A stretch of 64,000 nt of DNA from Fimbriimonadales bacterium (GTDB taxonomy: Bacteria > Armatimonadota > Fimbriimonadia > Fimbriimonadales > ATM1). A program made the position numbers and the translations under genes. The stretch spans positions 1 through 64,000 of the forward strand of contig JBGTLG010000026.1 in the NCBI GenBank assembly GCA_041744215.1. The letters are read 5' to 3'. Shown here piece after piece: positions 48,811-57,719 of the stretch. Position 1 is the first letter of the stretch; each line of letters begins with the position of its first letter. The notes under the pieces are model-generated. The model was not told the DNA's origin and did not search any database. It worked only from the letters and a program-made list of their open reading frames with translations.

Positions 48811-49837
48811 CAGCAAGCGATCGCAATGGATATCACTTGGGACCGGATTTGCGGCTGCAGCACTAGTGGTCGCTGGCATTTACTTTGGATCAGGGGGTCT
48901 GACTCGGTTTGATTCTCCGCTCGCTGCCTATGCAGCAGCGACAGTTTTTGCGGCGTTCGCCGTCGTCTACCGTTACACCATGTGGATTCAGCGCCCGCCC
49001 ACGTGGCGGTACTTCAAATCAGGATGGAAGCTCTTCTTGAAGCCGACCAGACTCCTTCCTAACATAGTCAAGTTTGTTGGGTTGCTCTGGCACAACATCA
49101 TTGCTCAGAGATTCATTGAAAAGCGTAGCCCTCAGCGCTGGATGGCGCACATGTGCATCGCCTGGGGTTGCATGATTGCGTTCGCCATAACGTTTCCGCT
49201 GAGTTGGGGATGGATACAATTCAATTCGGCGGAGAATGGAAAAGACTACGTCGTGGAGTTCATGGGAAGGGGGATAATCGCGTTTTCGCCAGATGGGCTG
49301 CTCGGATTTCTTTTCTTTAATGGACTGAACATTAGCGCGGTTCTGGTTCTCACCGGAGTCGCTCTCGCGATGCATCGGCGTGTTTTTGAACACGGGGCGC
49401 AAGCAGTCCAGTCTATCGCTTCCGATATGATTCCATTGTTCATTCTTTTTGCAGTCTCGGTAACTGGATTGATGCTGACAGCTAGTTACAAATTGATGGG
49501 AGGAACTCACTTCTCTTTCCTCTCGCTGCTCCACGCGTTCACCGTCATCGTCTTCCTGCTTTATCTGCCGTTTGGCAAGTTCTTCCATGTCATTCAGCGC
49601 CCCGCGCAATTGGGAGTGGCTTACTATAAGGAGGAAGGGTTGAGGGGAGAAATGGCGACATGCTTGAGATCACATGAACCTTACCAAACTCAATTGCATC
49701 ACGACGACTTGGTTGATGCGATGAAGGAGATAGGGTTCGATTTCGGGGCCCACCAAGATCTCTCTCCGGCTATAAAGCGCAAACTGATCGCACTCAATCA
49801 ATCTTCAGCGATTGACGGTGTGCCGTTTGTCGGGTGA
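48803..49837 (+). CDS. Integral membrane protein, NarI/nitrate reductase gamma-like (putative heme b anchor)
   Basis: About 6 TM segments; RWMAH, SVTGLML, LLH..LLYLPFGKFFHVIQRP. Confidence 0.7.
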   Translation: MRSSKRSQWISLGTGFAAAALVVAGIYFGSGGLTRFDSPLAAYAAATVFAAFAVVYRYTMWIQRPPTWRYFKSGWKLFLKPTRLLPNIVKFVGLLWHNIIAQRFIEKRSPQRWMAHMCIAWGCMIAFAITFPLSWGWIQFNSAENGKDYVVEFMGRGIIAFSPDGLLGFLFFNGLNISAVLVLTGVALAMHRRVFEHGAQAVQSIASDMIPLFILFAVSVTGLMLTASYKLMGGTHFSFLSLLHAFTVIVFLLYLPFGKFFHVIQRPAQLGVAYYKEEGLRGEMATCLRSHEPYQTQLHHDDLVDAMKEIGFDFGAHQDLSPAIKRKLIALNQSSAIDGVPFVG

Positions 49838-50071
49838 TCAATCTGCAGAATCTAAGCGATTGATGCCGACTAACATCCAGACGTTTATCAGCAGAATCGC
49901 GACGCTCGCAATACCGGCAGGTAGCGCAACTTCGTAATGCCCGGCAAGCATGTTCTCAAAAGCCGCCACGAATAGCCAAAGCTGAAGCATCACGAGAATG
50001 AGGATGAACGCGAGCAGCGCCCCGAATACGATGGACTTTTGTTCCTGACGCCCTGGGTGCTGTGAGTTCAA
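49838..50071 (-). CDS. Small 2-TM membrane protein (resembles DUF6755 from recall)
   Basis: LQLWLF motif; start overlaps the Rieske stop codon. Confidence 0.7.
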   Translation of the reverse strand: MNSQHPGRQEQKSIVFGALLAFILILVMLQLWLFVAAFENMLAGHYEVALPAGIASVAILLINVWMLVGINRLDSAD

Positions 50072-50562
50072 GATCCCTCCTTCAGCGTGACGCCTACCGC
50101 CCATATCTCGCCATTGCGCTCTTCAATCAAAATGCTCGGTAGCGGATGGGGAGGCGGCCCTTGAAGCACGCTGCCGTCGTCGACCGCGAACGCGCCGTTG
50201 TGACAGGGGCAGTAAAGGCGATTCTTGTCCGGCTCGTAATTGACGGGACAGGAAAGGTGCGTGCAACGACGTGAGTAAGCAACCAACTCACCGCTCGGCT
50301 TTCTCACCAAAATACACAGGTCATGCTGACGCGGATAACGGAACGACATCGCGGCGCCTGGGAGAAGAGCCCCTCCACCAACAATGTGCATCGGCTCGAA
50401 TCTACGCTCCTCCCGCGGTATCTTTGACCAAATGGCCATCGTCGCCGAACCAAGAGCCAGGCCTCCACTCGCGAGCGTGAGAAACTTGAAAAACTCGCGC
50501 CGACTGACATAGTTGTCCTCTTCCCAATCAATCGGAAAATCCTGTTGCAGCTTGCCTTCCAT
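50068..50562 (-). CDS. Rieske [2Fe-2S] protein with a twin-arginine signal/anchor
   Basis: SRREFFK plus hydrophobic helix; CTHLSC and CPCHNG; GPPPHPL. Confidence 0.92.
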   Translation of the reverse strand: MEGKLQQDFPIDWEEDNYVSRREFFKFLTLASGGLALGSATMAIWSKIPREERRFEPMHIVGGGALLPGAAMSFRYPRQHDLCILVRKPSGELVAYSRRCTHLSCPVNYEPDKNRLYCPCHNGAFAVDDGSVLQGPPPHPLPSILIEERNGEIWAVGVTLKEGS

Positions 50563-51161
50563 CAATTCGTCCTCGCAGTTTGGAGCAGATCACTCTTTCG
50601 AATCAATGGGTCGGACTGCACGGTCATGCGCTTCGTCCCGGACGGCATCATCAAGTGAACTTTGGTGTGGATCGTTCGGCCTCCAAAGTCAAATTCGTTG
50701 ATTGGCGTGCCTCCCCTGAAGGTAGCAATTTCTTCAGGAGTACCGAAGAACAGCGCCTGCGATGGACAGACGGTCGCACACATCGGTTTCTTTCCTGCCG
50801 AAGTGCGATCGTAACACATGTCGCACTTCATCATCTGATCGATTGCAGAGTCGTACTTCGGAACTCCAAACGGGCACGCGTACACACAGTTCGTGCAGCC
50901 AATACATCGCGGCTTCAATGAGGATTGAACGACTCCGTCCGGAGTCCGCTTGATTGCATCGGCTGGGCATACGGCGGCGCACGCAGGTTCGCTGCAATGC
51001 ATGCAGATAATGGGTGTGGTCTGAACCGTGTCACCTCGCATGATGGTTTCGAGATGAATCATGGAGACGCCTGCGTGTGTCTCGCATTCAGCGCAAGCCT
51101 CCACGCAGGCATTGCAGCCAATGCATCGACTCGGATCTATGTAGAACTGGCGCTCACTCAT
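50562..51161 (-). CDS. 4Fe-4S dicluster protein (DmsB/NrfC-like)
   Basis: [48 protein letters not shown]. Confidence 0.93.
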   Translation of the reverse strand: MSERQFYIDPSRCIGCNACVEACAECETHAGVSMIHLETIMRGDTVQTTPIICMHCSEPACAAVCPADAIKRTPDGVVQSSLKPRCIGCTNCVYACPFGVPKYDSAIDQMMKCDMCYDRTSAGKKPMCATVCPSQALFFGTPEEIATFRGGTPINEFDFGGRTIHTKVHLMMPSGTKRMTVQSDPLIRKSDLLQTARTN

Positions 51162-51222
51162 TGCAGATCACACGCTGTCAACATAAGATACCCATAGTCC
51201 TCCAACCAGCACCGACCAGACC

Positions 51223-51236
51223 ATGATCGCGATCAT
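51223..51236. promoter_or_regulatory. Putative Crp/Fnr-family operator upstream of the Fe-S/Rieske operon
   Basis: ATGATCGCGATCAT; the 16-mer CATGATCGCGATCATA is identical to 43915-43930. Confidence 0.75.
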
Positions 51237-51542
51237 AGCCTCCAGGCTCAGAGAGGAAATCCTAACCCTGTGCTCATCATAGGAGTCCCCCTGGCGCCCG
51301 TTTTCGACGTGCAGCCGGCTTCCGACTGGCCTATGCGAATGTTGCCCTGGCGTTTCTTCGAATCTCCGGGGTCGACGGCGCGCTGACGGCCGGCAGGAAT
51401 TCGGAGCTTTCGAGTTCGATGTCGACGCGGCTTTACTGTTTCGGCACTGAGGCGGTGCCTGGCATAATCAACGAGCAGGTCTGGATCGCACAACGCTTCG
51501 ACGTGCGGAACAACGATCTGCAAGCTTTGAAAAAGATTTCAC

Positions 51543-53306
51543 ATGGGAAGTCGGACTCCGCTACCACGCGCATGGATCAGATCACCAGTCAACGACTGTT
51601 GGTTTGAGTACTCGGATCTGTCGCATGTTTGCGTCGCGCGCGAGCCAAATGAAATCGGACCGCTGCTTTCCGAGGTTGAAGATGCAAGCAAGCAAGGCCT
51701 CTTCGCCGCAGGGTTTATCTCCTACGGTGCAGCAACTGCTTTCGATTCAAAGCTGACGGCTCAGCAGTCGACTCGATTCCCCTTGGCGTGGTTCGGGATC
51801 TTTCGCCAGGTTGAAAAGCTACAGTCACTTTCACCCGCTAACGATCTCAGCGTAAACGTTGAATGGCACGCATCGACATCAACGGAACAATACTTTCATC
51901 ACCTGGGCGCGATCCGCGACTATCTGGAAAGCGGGGACGCATACCTTGTCAACTACACATTTAGGCTCCGATCGAATTCCGAAGCCGATCCGTTCGCGCT
52001 GCTTCACCGGATTACGTCACCGAGCCCGCCACCTTACTCTGCGTTCATCGAGACCGACGAATGGGCGATTTGCAGTGGATCGCCGGAACTGTTTTTCAGT
52101 GTTGACGGAGAGCTGATTTCGTCGCGACCGATGAAGGGAACCGCGCCCAGAGGGCTTTGGTTCGATGATGACGTACGCCAAGCACACGAATTGCGCAGCT
52201 CGATCAAGGAGCGCGCAGAAAACTTAATGGTCGTCGACATGGTAAGAAACGACTTAGGCCGGATCGCAAACCCAGGGACGGTCCACGTTTCCGAGTTGTT
52301 TTCGCTGGAACGCTATCCAACTCTCTGGCAGATGACGTCGACGGTTCAGGCGGAAACGGAAGCTTCGCTGCAAGAGATCTTCGCTGCGCTCTTCCCCCCA
52401 GCTTCTGTAACCGGGACGCCTAAGCGTCGCGCGATGGAAATCATTAGCGAACTCGAAACGGAACCGCGCCAACTCTACACGGGTGCAATCGGATTCGTCC
52501 ATCCGAATCGACAGATGCAGTTCAATGTGGCCATCCGCACCGTACTGGTCGATCTGCAAGCCAGCCAGCTTGAGTACGGCGTCGGCGGAGGCATCGTATG
52601 GGATTCGGACCCAAACGAGGAGTTTGAAGAGTGTCTGATTAAGGCCAACATTCTCGAACCGTTAGACAGTTCGTTTGAACTGATCGAAACGATGCGTTGG
52701 TCACCCGACACAGGCTTCTTGCTCCTACCCCTCCATCTCAAGCGATTGCGCGAGTCATCGGTCTACTTCGGATTCAACTTCGACGCGGAGCGCGTGTTGC
52801 AAAGCTTACAAGAGTTGGAGGCTTCTCTTGCAAGCGAGACATATCGCGTTCGCCTCTCTCTGCGCCGTGATGGCAACGTTTGCTTCGAGGCGATCTTCTT
52901 AGATCAAAAGGCTCGACTCTTCGCGGATGTCTGCCTCTCTGCGAATCCGATAGAAAGCAACCATCCGATGCTATATCACAAAACTTCCGACCGCAGCGTT
53001 TATGAAAGGGCCCTACTTGAATCAGGAGGCGGTGAGGATGTCCTGCTGTTCAATGAGCGCGGCGAGGTTACAGAGTCCACGATCGCAAACTTTGCTTACG
53101 AGCTCGATGGACAACTTTACACTCCGCCAATCGAATGTGGCCTGCTTCCCGGGATCTATCGAGCGTGGTTGATTGAGCAAGGTCAGCTTAAGGAGCGCGC
53201 GATTAGTGTCGAGGATGCGCTGAAACTGCCGCACATCTTTCTGATGAATTCAGTGCGTGGGCTGCAGAAAGTTCAGCTTCATCGACTTGCTGCGTCGGAT
53301 CGGTAG
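51543..53306 (+). CDS. pabB: Aminodeoxychorismate synthase component I fused to a class IV aminotransferase (ADC lyase-like) domain
   Basis: SPELFF, RPMKGT, KERAENLMVVDMVRNDLG, NVAIRT, GGGIVWDS; then HKTS.R, TESTIAN, GLLPGI.R, NSVRG. Confidence 0.9.
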   Translation: MGSRTPLPRAWIRSPVNDCWFEYSDLSHVCVAREPNEIGPLLSEVEDASKQGLFAAGFISYGAATAFDSKLTAQQSTRFPLAWFGIFRQVEKLQSLSPANDLSVNVEWHASTSTEQYFHHLGAIRDYLESGDAYLVNYTFRLRSNSEADPFALLHRITSPSPPPYSAFIETDEWAICSGSPELFFSVDGELISSRPMKGTAPRGLWFDDDVRQAHELRSSIKERAENLMVVDMVRNDLGRIANPGTVHVSELFSLERYPTLWQMTSTVQAETEASLQEIFAALFPPASVTGTPKRRAMEIISELETEPRQLYTGAIGFVHPNRQMQFNVAIRTVLVDLQASQLEYGVGGGIVWDSDPNEEFEECLIKANILEPLDSSFELIETMRWSPDTGFLLLPLHLKRLRESSVYFGFNFDAERVLQSLQELEASLASETYRVRLSLRRDGNVCFEAIFLDQKARLFADVCLSANPIESNHPMLYHKTSDRSVYERALLESGGGEDVLLFNERGEVTESTIANFAYELDGQLYTPPIECGLLPGIYRAWLIEQGQLKERAISVEDALKLPHIFLMNSVRGLQKVQLHRLAASDR

Positions 53307-53724
53307 CCATGTTGGTTGACCCGGTTCGTATCGAATTGTTAACGGCTCATCGAACTCACTGTGCTCATCGAACTCATCACTGTTTACTATTGTTAACGCG
53401 GTCTTTTGAACTCGCTGGATGAGTTGGGTGGTGCGGTGCGAGTGGTTCGGACGCGTTCTTTCGTGGATGAGAGTTCCGTCGGTTAAGTCTTTGGGGCGGC
53501 AAAAGTCAACCTGTTATAAGATTTCGAGCCAGATCGGCCGTGTTGTCTGAGATGGGATGCTGCCCGGTGCCGTTCACGGACAGATTTTTTGGGAGCAATG
53601 CGTTTGAGGAGGTTGCTGAAGTATCTGTCAGTGCCACCCGTCTCCCATACTCAGGGGTGTGAACGATACGCCTGGATGGGGTACACCATGCCACCCGCGG
53701 AAAATCGCAGTAAGCTGTCCACTA

Positions 53725-55773
53725 ATGATAGATACAGCCCACGCAAGGCCAAAAAGCGTGCTTGTCACGGGCGCGACGGGATACGTGGGTGGTCGTGTGG
53801 TGCGCCGCCTTTCAGATCAAAACGTAAAAGTTCGAGTCTTGGTGAGGGATGCGAGTCGGGTTACGGGTCGATTTGGGGAGACGGTCGAAGTGGCTCAAGC
53901 AGACGTCTTAGAGCCAGCGACGCTCGCCGCCGCGCTCGCAGACGTTGACACCGCCTACTACTTGATTCATTCAATGGGAGCAACGGACGATTTTGAGAGT
54001 CGGGATCGAGCGTCTGCACAGAACTTTGCAACCGCAGCTAAGGAATCGGGAGTGCGGCGCATCATCTACCTCGGTGGTCTTGGAGATGCGTCTCAAGACC
54101 TGTCCCCACACTTGCGCAGCAGACATGAAGTTGGCCAAGTTCTTCGTTCTACGGGTGTCGAGGTGATTGAGTTTCGCGCTTCGATCGTGATCGGTTCCGG
54201 TAGCCTTTCGTTTGAGATGGTGCGAGCGCTAGCGGAACGCCTGCCTGTCATGATCACGCCGCGTTGGGTCGGGGTTCTAGCCCAGCCTATCTCGATTGGT
54301 GACCTGTTGAGTTATCTTACGCTTGCGTTAGAATTGCCGTCAGGAGAAAGCAGAGTCTTCGAGATCGGCGGAGCGGATCAGGTGACATACGGTGACATGA
54401 TTCGTGAATATGCGAAACAGCGTGGTTTGCGACGATTTATCATTCCCATTCCGCTGTTGACGCCTCGATTGTCGAGTCTTTGGCTCGGCTTGGTCACACC
54501 TTTGTATGCTCGCGTTGGAAGAGCGCTAATCGACAGCATTCAACATCCTACAATTGTTCGCGACAACGAAGCGCGTCACGTGTTTTCTGTGAATCCAGTC
54601 GGTGCGTCAGAAGCAATAGCCCTTGCGCTCAGAAACGAGGACCGGGAGATCGCTGAGACAAAGTGGTCGGATGCTGTTTCGTCGTCAGCCTTGTCCTCCC
54701 GTCCTTGGGGAGGTGTGCGCTTTGGAAACCGGTTGGTCGATTCACGAACCGTTGATGTGCCGGTCGCGCCACGACGGGCTTTCGCGCCGATCCAGCGGAT
54801 CGGGGGAGGCGTTGGTTGGTACTTTGCAGACTGGTTGTGGAAGCTGCGTGGCTCCGTTGACGTTGTCTTCGGCGGGGTAGGAATGCGGCGTGGTAGGCGC
54901 GACCCTCAAACCGTACGTGTCGGCGATGCACTTGACTTCTGGCGCGTCGAAGTCGCCGACGAAAACAGGCTGCGGCTTCGTGCAGAAATGAAGGTTCCTG
55001 GCCGCGCATGGTTGGAGTTTGAAGTGACGGAGATCAACGGCGGGAGCAGAATTCGGCAAACAGCCGAATTCGATCCGTTGGGAGTTTGGGGGCTCATCTA
55101 TTGGTACGGCATTTACCCATTGCATAGGATTGTCTTCTCTGGAATGATTCGAGCAATCGCAGTCGAAGCGACGGGTGGAAAGCGACCGCCTTCGGCTGCT
55201 GCGCAAGCCGTCGCGCTCATCGGATTCTTCGTGGGCACGTTCTGCGCAGCCGCCATCGGAGGACTTGCAACGGCGGCGTCAGTTACGTCGTGGTACGCTG
55301 ATCTCGCAAAGCCTGCGTGGACTCCTCCTAGCTGGGTCTTCGGCCCGGTATGGGGCGTGCTCTATTCCTTGATGGCGGTCGCAGCATGGTTAGTCTGGCG
55401 TCTGCGGCCAACGTCCGAGCGACCGATGATCGCCTTTTGGACTCAACTCGTTCTCAATGTCCTTTGGTCAGTCTGCTTCTTTGGGCTTCGATCGCCGGGT
55501 TTAGGATTGATTGCGATAGGCGCGCTTCTCGTTGCGATTATCGTCACCCGCAATGCATTCGCGTCGGTCTCGCGCCTCGCAGGCTGGCTGCTTGTGCCTT
55601 ACCTCTTGTGGGTTGCCTACGCCGCAACCTTGAATGCTGGCATTTGGTGGCAAAACGCAGAGGGGGTTCAGGCAAGCACCAGCGCGCGGCAAGAAAACGA
55701 CTTGCCAATCCCGTCGAGTGGCTTGTTTCTGCGATTTTGTGTTCTCCCGTCGACCATCTTGCATATGGTGTGA
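53725..55773 (+). CDS. YbjT-like NAD(P)H-binding/DUF2867 protein fused to TspO/MBR
   Basis: VTGATGYVG, AYYLIHSM; RLRAEMKVPGRAWLEF; C-terminal WYADLAKPAWTPPSWVFGPVWGVLY...LVPYLLWVAYAATLN. Confidence 0.85.
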   Translation: MIDTAHARPKSVLVTGATGYVGGRVVRRLSDQNVKVRVLVRDASRVTGRFGETVEVAQADVLEPATLAAALADVDTAYYLIHSMGATDDFESRDRASAQNFATAAKESGVRRIIYLGGLGDASQDLSPHLRSRHEVGQVLRSTGVEVIEFRASIVIGSGSLSFEMVRALAERLPVMITPRWVGVLAQPISIGDLLSYLTLALELPSGESRVFEIGGADQVTYGDMIREYAKQRGLRRFIIPIPLLTPRLSSLWLGLVTPLYARVGRALIDSIQHPTIVRDNEARHVFSVNPVGASEAIALALRNEDREIAETKWSDAVSSSALSSRPWGGVRFGNRLVDSRTVDVPVAPRRAFAPIQRIGGGVGWYFADWLWKLRGSVDVVFGGVGMRRGRRDPQTVRVGDALDFWRVEVADENRLRLRAEMKVPGRAWLEFEVTEINGGSRIRQTAEFDPLGVWGLIYWYGIYPLHRIVFSGMIRAIAVEATGGKRPPSAAAQAVALIGFFVGTFCAAAIGGLATAASVTSWYADLAKPAWTPPSWVFGPVWGVLYSLMAVAAWLVWRLRPTSERPMIAFWTQLVLNVLWSVCFFGLRSPGLGLIAIGALLVAIIVTRNAFASVSRLAGWLLVPYLLWVAYAATLNAGIWWQNAEGVQASTSARQENDLPIPSSGLFLRFCVLPSTILHMV

Positions 55774-55852
55774 TCAACTGGCATTGGATTTCTTCCGCTC
55801 TAATTGTAAAAACTGCGCGCGTGGATGGGGTAAACCAGGCAACCAGCCGCTC

Positions 55853-56212
55853 ATGAGCGTCGAAAACACCGTCACGATGTATCGCCCCACGGGACCTAAC
55901 GAACTCGCCCTCGTGGAGGACAGCGGCTTTCGTCGTTGGCCACCCAGACTCCCGGAGCAGCCGATCTTCTACCCGGTCACGAACGAGGAATACGCGAGGG
56001 AAATCGCGAGGAAATGGAATGTTCCAGACAGCGGCGTCGGCTTCGTGACGAGGTTCCGAGTCAGACGAGAGTTTGCCGATCAGTTCCCCATCGAGAAGGT
56101 CGGAGCCGCGTACCACACGGAGTGGTGGATACCTGCTGAGCGACTCGAGGACCTTAACGACAACATCGTCGGCCTGATCGAGGTGATCGCAGAGTTTCGC
56201 CGGGAAGAGTAG
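55853..56212 (+). CDS. Conserved hypothetical protein (PPRLPEQPIFYPV family)
   Basis: YRPTG..EL, WPPRLPEQPIFYPV.NE.YA..IA..WN, EWWIPAE. Confidence 0.8.
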   Translation: MSVENTVTMYRPTGPNELALVEDSGFRRWPPRLPEQPIFYPVTNEEYAREIARKWNVPDSGVGFVTRFRVRREFADQFPIEKVGAAYHTEWWIPAERLEDLNDNIVGLIEVIAEFRREE

Positions 56213-56228
56213 TAAGTGAAGGTGATAC

Positions 56229-56304
56229 TGGTGGAGATGATGGGATTCGAACCCACGACCTCTGCAGTGCGATTGCAGCGCTCTCCCAGCTGAGCTACAT
56301 CCCC
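56229..56304 (-). tRNA. tRNA-Ala (anticodon CGC)
   Basis: GGGGATGTAGCTCAGCTGGGAGAGCG CTGCA ATCGCAC TGCAG AGGTCGTGGGTTCGAATCCCATCATCTCCACCA; 76 nt, G3:U70 pair, encoded CCA. Confidence 0.97.
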
Positions 56305-56396
56305 ACGGGGAGCCGATGGTACCCGACGTCGGACACAATTGGGCCCTGCGGTGAAACCTCTCATACTCATCGCGGGTAACCGTTCCACCAATTCAA

Positions 56397-57719
56397 ATGT
56401 CCACTCGCGCTTCGCACGTGCTATCGATCCGGCCCTTTCGCAATCTCTGGGTCGGGCAACTCATCTCGCAGTTTGGAGATGTGCTCTATAGCCTCGTGTT
56501 TATGTGGATGGTCCTGGAGGTGACTGGGGAGCCCAAGTATGTCGGCTATGTGATGGCTTGTGGTGCACTCCCATACGTGCTGTTTGCGCTGTACGCGGGG
56601 ACCCTCGCCGATCGGCTGGACCGCAGAATGCTGTTAGTTCTCAGCGACATTCTTTCAGCCGCTTTGGTGACTGTATTCCTTGTTGTGATCCTCTTCGATC
56701 CAGCGCCACCGCTAATCTTAATCTGTGTGATTGCATTCCTGCTCGGTACGTCGAATGTCATTGCTGCGCCTGCACGTGCGGCGATTACGCCGAGGCTTGT
56801 CCCGGAAGATCGGCTTCAGGAGGCGATTGCGCTGAATTCTATGTCGCAGGGCCTGATGCCGTTCCTGGGCGCAGTATTGTCCGGCGCAGGCTTGGCTCTT
56901 CTACACTTAATCTCGCGTACGTTCACTTATGCGCTCGCGTTTGGGCTAAATGCGATCACGTTTATCGTTTCCGCGCTCTTCATGGCGTCGTTGCCCAAGG
57001 TTGTCGCCGAGAGGACTGAGGAGCCGAAGTCGCCATTTCGCGATGCGGTCGATGGTATCCGGTTCATCTTTTCGCATAAAGCGCTTGCGGTTGCGATCCT
57101 TATCGCGGTCGGCATGAATTTCTTCGTTGCGCCGTTTATGCCGGTTTACACGTACATCGCGAAAGAAGTGTTCAAAGGAACACCCGCGACGCTGGCGTTC
57201 TTGGAAGCTGGATTCTTTCTGGGCATGGTCTGTGGTTCGCTGGCTGCGATGAAGATTCGCACGAAGAAGCCGGGCTTATCGTTCGCATTCTTTCTTGTTC
57301 TGGCTGGCCTTATGATTGTGCCGATGGGATTCGTCACAAACTTCTGGGCATTCATGGCGCTCAATTTTCTCTGTGGAGTTTTCATTCCGCCAGCCAGCAT
57401 TCCGATGGGGACTTTTATTCAATTGCAGACAGCGGACGAGTACAGGGGCCGGGTCAACTCCGCTATGGGCACGATGTCGGCTATGGTCATGCCGGTCGGT
57501 ATGGCGATGAGCGGCCTGCTGCTTAAGTGGCTGACGCTGCCTGGCCTGTTCATCTTTATGGGTGGCGGTATGGCGCTTTGCGCAAGCTTCGGATTTCTAT
57601 CGAAGCCCCTTCGGACCGCGACTCTTCCTGCTAGCGCGCCGACCCTCGAGGAAGATCCTCCTTCCGAAGAATCATTGGAAACATCGCCCAGTTCGCAGCC
57701 AGTTGCGCCTGATCTGTAG
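56397..57719 (+). CDS. MFS transporter (DHA3/macrolide efflux-like)
   Basis: FRNLWVGQLISQFGD, GTLADRLDRR, YRGRVNS; about 12 TM segments. Confidence 0.9.
   Translation: MSTRASHVLSIRPFRNLWVGQLISQFGDVLYSLVFMWMVLEVTGEPKYVGYVMACGALPYVLFALYAGTLADRLDRRMLLVLSDILSAALVTVFLVVILFDPAPPLILICVIAFLLGTSNVIAAPARAAITPRLVPEDRLQEAIALNSMSQGLMPFLGAVLSGAGLALLHLISRTFTYALAFGLNAITFIVSALFMASLPKVVAERTEEPKSPFRDAVDGIRFIFSHKALAVAILIAVGMNFFVAPFMPVYTYIAKEVFKGTPATLAFLEAGFFLGMVCGSLAAMKIRTKKPGLSFAFFLVLAGLMIVPMGFVTNFWAFMALNFLCGVFIPPASIPMGTFIQLQTADEYRGRVNSAMGTMSAMVMPVGMAMSGLLLKWLTLPGLFIFMGGGMALCASFGFLSKPLRTATLPASAPTLEEDPPSEESLETSPSSQPVAPDL

Noticed and set aside
51543-53306. PabB-ADC lyase fusion as a novelty
   Set aside because: This bifunctional architecture is common in bacteria
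51240-56304. Integrative element at the tRNA-Ala 3' end
   Set aside because: No integrase and no duplicated tRNA 3' end (att site) found by eye
57631-57719. 89-bp convergent overlap of the MFS and acylase genes (also 15897-15954)
   Set aside because: Low-complexity C-terminal tails; ordinary tail-to-tail overlap with no sign of function
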